NCBI GenBank assembly: GCA_964016885.1
Contig: OZ024750.1
Location: 46,872,001 to 46,936,000, forward strand
Origin: Eledone cirrhosa
Taxonomy: Eukaryota
Length of the DNA stretch: 64,000 nucleotides
Direction of reading: 5' to 3'
Part shown: one piece after another, positions 59,829 to 64,000 of the stretch
Position numbering within the stretch: the stretch's first letter is position 1
Layout of the letters: every line of letters starts with the position of its first letter
The notes under the pieces: model-generated
Told to the model about the DNA's origin: nothing
Seen by the model: only the letters and a program-made list of their open reading frames with translations
Databases searched by the model: none
Made by a program: the position numbers and the translations under genes

Positions 59829-60324
59829 TATATATATATATATATATATATATGCAACACCAATCATTCAAATATGCTTGATACTTTTGCCTGTTCAATT
59901 GCTTTATGTATGACTAACGCACGTACTGTCTCTTTAATTTTATTTATGTACTAGACGCTCTTGTATTATCTGCCACATGTGCTCCACCAAAAAATTTTAT
60001 TATAATTTTGAATCTTATCGTACAATTATAGTATAACATAATATATGTGGCATCCATCACACACTGTTGTCCACAATATGTATCTGTATGACTCTGCGGC
60101 AGAATAGGAGGCTGATTATATGTAAACACATTATTAATAATGTTCCGTAGATCTCAAGACTAGGCTTGGAAGAAACAATTGTCAGCAATTAAATGTTCAA
60201 ACATAGCTTTGATTCTTGTGAATTCTCTATATATTTATATCTGTATTTTTAACCGGTGGTCAATCAATGATAAACATTGATTGCCAAATAAATTAACTAT
60301 GGAGATATAAAATATACAGAAGCG

Positions 60325-60410
60325 AAGACAAACCCCAACCAAACAGTCAGTGTGTTTTGTTATTATTTCTGGCAATAATCTAACAATATGACCCCCTCCA
60401 AGTGAACAAT
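60325..60410 (+). repeat. Short dispersed PLE-type terminus, homologous to 2712-2792
   Basis: ccaaccaaacagt.agtgtgtt.tgttatta.ttctggcaata is shared by both sites. Confidence 0.6.
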
Positions 60411-60676
60411 ACCCCCCCCCCCCCACGCACACACTTACACACACACGCATATATATATATATATATATATATTTATTTATTTATTTAGGTTTTTTGGTTC
60501 AATACAGGATAGAAATGGTAATTCCGTATGGTCAACCTCGATGTAATATTATGGAGAGCGCTCAACGTAATGCAACTCACCCGTCTTCGTTAGTATAGAT
60601 GGTGGTGCGAGTACGGAGTTGATTATTATAAAATAAAAGGTGGTTGGACCCTGTGTAATTCTTTAAAAGGTTTATT

Positions 60677-60734
60677 ATTCTATGATCATTTCAATGACCG
60701 GGTTCAGTATGAATCCGGTGATATCATCAGGTAT
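60677..60734 (-). ncRNA. Type I hammerhead motif, family I
   Basis: AUAC-CUGAUGA-long stem II (ACCGG.UUCA/UGAA.CCGGU)-GAAA-UGAUCA-UA^GAAU, with palindromic stem III. Confidence 0.65.
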
Positions 60735-60875
60735 TCGAGATATAACAAAGGAATATAATAGACACAATCCATGGGGCTGAAAATCAGAGACATGAGGGCG
60801 ACCGAACATTTAGCAGCCTTACACCGGTCGGCTGCCCTCAAGTGGTGATTATTAAGCCTAACTATGTCCATCTGG

Positions 60876-61003
<128 letters not shown>

Positions 61004-61264
61004 TATATACTGTAGTAAACATTTGGTTTACACATACAGAGGGAAGAGCTCTGTCTTCTGCAAGGCTTATGCATTATTTAGAACATAACATTTCGTACTG
61101 GGCTAATATTGGAGAATTATGGAAGTTGATACAATTCTAGAGAGACAATAGTGTGGTGTTTAAGGACGATCGTGGAATTTGAGATGCTAATACTGTACAT
61201 TATATTCAAATATTGTTATCAATCAGATAGTAATACAGTCTGAAAATGAATAATTAATGTTTAA

Positions 61265-61454
61265 ATAATTGTTTCTACTTTTGGCACAAGGCCAGCAAAT
61301 TATCCAGTGTATTACTGGTACTTTATTTTATCGACCCCGTAAGGATGAAAGGCAAAGTTAACCTCGGGGGGATTTGAACTCAGAATGGCAAGGGCCATAA
61401 CTATGCGTCAAAGCATGGCGTCCGACCCTCTGCCGATACTGCCAATCCACCTCC
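61265..61454 (-). mobile_element. Full-length tRNA-derived SINE with TSD
   Basis: Flanking aattaatgtttaaataat / aattaatttttaaataat. Confidence 0.9.
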
Positions 61455-62369
61455 AATTAATTTTTAAATAATGTCATTCGTTAGTGTATTGAAAATTACA
61501 AGACATGAGTAGAAGATGGCGGGGGAATGATATGTCTGTAGATGAGGATTGTGACAGTGCTGTCATAGAGGGCCAACAGATGTATCTATGTTACAATCAT
61601 ATTTATGCATGAAATTGCTGTCACTGAAATGTAGTTGCAGTACATCTACGTTGTTCTTTCCTTCGTTAGAAATAGCAGTCAAGTATTTTTAAAGACACGC
61701 TCTATCTTTGCGAAAACAAAACACTTATTGGATAACATAGTTAATTAGTTCTCGGTGATAATTCACCATATATCTATTCAATATAGATTGACTTACAAAG
61801 AAAGAAAAACAAGACCAATGACAAGACCACCAACACCTACATCACCACCCACCCAGCATTATCTACAAACAACAATAATAATCTTAGTCCCCTTTTCTTC
61901 ACCTAGATAAACACTTGCAGAATATAATTTTGATAACACGGATATTTTCCTTAGAACATTCAAAGGCTTACAACGAAACATTTAATGGAATGTGGCTTAG
62001 CTTAATGCTCCCAGGAATGCGAGTAGTATAATGCGTATGAAAACATAGGAACGCATCAAATCAGAACACAGGAAGTAGGTGTATTAATCAGAAATAGAAG
62101 GTATAAAGTACTTTTAAAAAACAAACATATCTTTTACGATCTTGACAAGCACAGCGATTTAGTTGGCTTCGTTTCCTTAATTTCTAAAGACAACAAAGAA
62201 GATTGAAAATAAATATTAAGTTTGCACACTGCCATAGCGAAAGTTGAGATATATGGGTGCATAACTATATCAGGCACTTATTTTTACCAATGGGCGATGA
62301 TAAACCATCTTCTCATAAGATAACACAATCAGTGTGCGAGTATAGGAGTATGAAGTGTGTGTGCATTAT

Positions 62370-63158
<789 letters not shown>

Positions 63159-63399
63159 TGCACATACATAAGCAACCATTGATAGTGTAATTGTGAGTGT
63201 AAACAAATACCTTATATGTATATATTTATATATTTGTTGTTCCAATTCAATGTGTTGACGAAACTGTGCTAATAGAGATTCAGATAACGTACATCTTTAA
63301 TTCCCCTCTTCTATTAACGATGTTGTTTTTTTATAGTTGTTTACAACGTTTGCTGACATCCTTTTAAAAGATAACAAGTAATTTTAACTACTCGTCTCC

Positions 63400-64000
63400 T
63401 GTCACATATTTACCACTCCAATGAATGACATATATAAACCCACCCAGTTTTCGAATATCGTTACGACACTTAACGAAAGAGCATAGCTGCGTTTCGTGGA
63501 CCTGGAAAATCTCTATGACCGTCAGACAGTTTTGGAAGTTACCTCGTGAGTATGAGAAGATCGATCGACAGATTTTTGTAGCTTTGATCTCACAAATTCA
63601 TTAAAAATTGGGTTGATTGGCAGTATCGGTAGATGGTTTGACGCCATGCTTTACAGCAAAGAGTTACGGCGCTTCATGGTCTGAGTTCAAATCCCGCCGA
63701 TGTTAACTTTGCCTTTCAACCTTAAGGGGTCGATAAAATAAAGCAACCGTACTACACTGGGATAGTTCCTGGCCTTGTGCCAAAAGTAGAATCAATTATT
63801 AATTGGGTGTTGGACTTCACTAAACTTACATATTGTCGTTATCTGTATTGATATGCGAAGCCGGCTTGGAAATAGATTCAAAACCGTCCGATGTAGGATC
63901 AAACAGCTGGAATTGACATACTACGTGATGCCATTTAACTCGTTGGAACGAGACCCATGACATGCAATAGAGAGATTTGCTGCCGTGTAGGGCAACGCAG
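63400..64000 (+). mobile_element. Old RTE-like LINE RT remnant interrupted by a SINE
   Basis: FVDLENLYDR resembles FVDLEKAYDR; heavily degenerate. Confidence 0.45.
63610..63800 (+). mobile_element. tRNA-derived SINE
   Basis: Family consensus with B box gagttcaaatcc. Confidence 0.88.

Overview
AT-rich, microsatellite-dense animal DNA. It is probably from an octopod cephalopod, inferred from the dominant tRNA-derived SINE family. The only convincing host coding sequence is one 105-bp minus-strand exon (26226-26330) of an ionotropic glutamate receptor, kainate-like, from the end of the amino-terminal domain. The rest of the window is most likely intron. It holds a 4.7-kb 48-bp minisatellite with a 1054-bp higher-order duplication, at least 10 SINE copies (several with clear target-site duplications, TSDs), and RTE LINE fragments, one with a twin-priming inversion. 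It also holds Tc1/mariner, Gypsy-like and possibly DIRS-like remnants, and many Penelope-like element (PLE) pieces inserted at (AT)n tracts, often as fold-back structures. The main discovery is a dense set of type I hammerhead ribozyme (HHR) motifs from about 10 sequence-unrelated families. These include U3-A8 core variants and a non-coding ~450-490 nt HHR-delimited unit present at two loci with retrozyme-like (circular RNA template) architecture. All structures were read by eye; no folding or database search was run. Most ORF-track ORFs are microsatellite artefacts.
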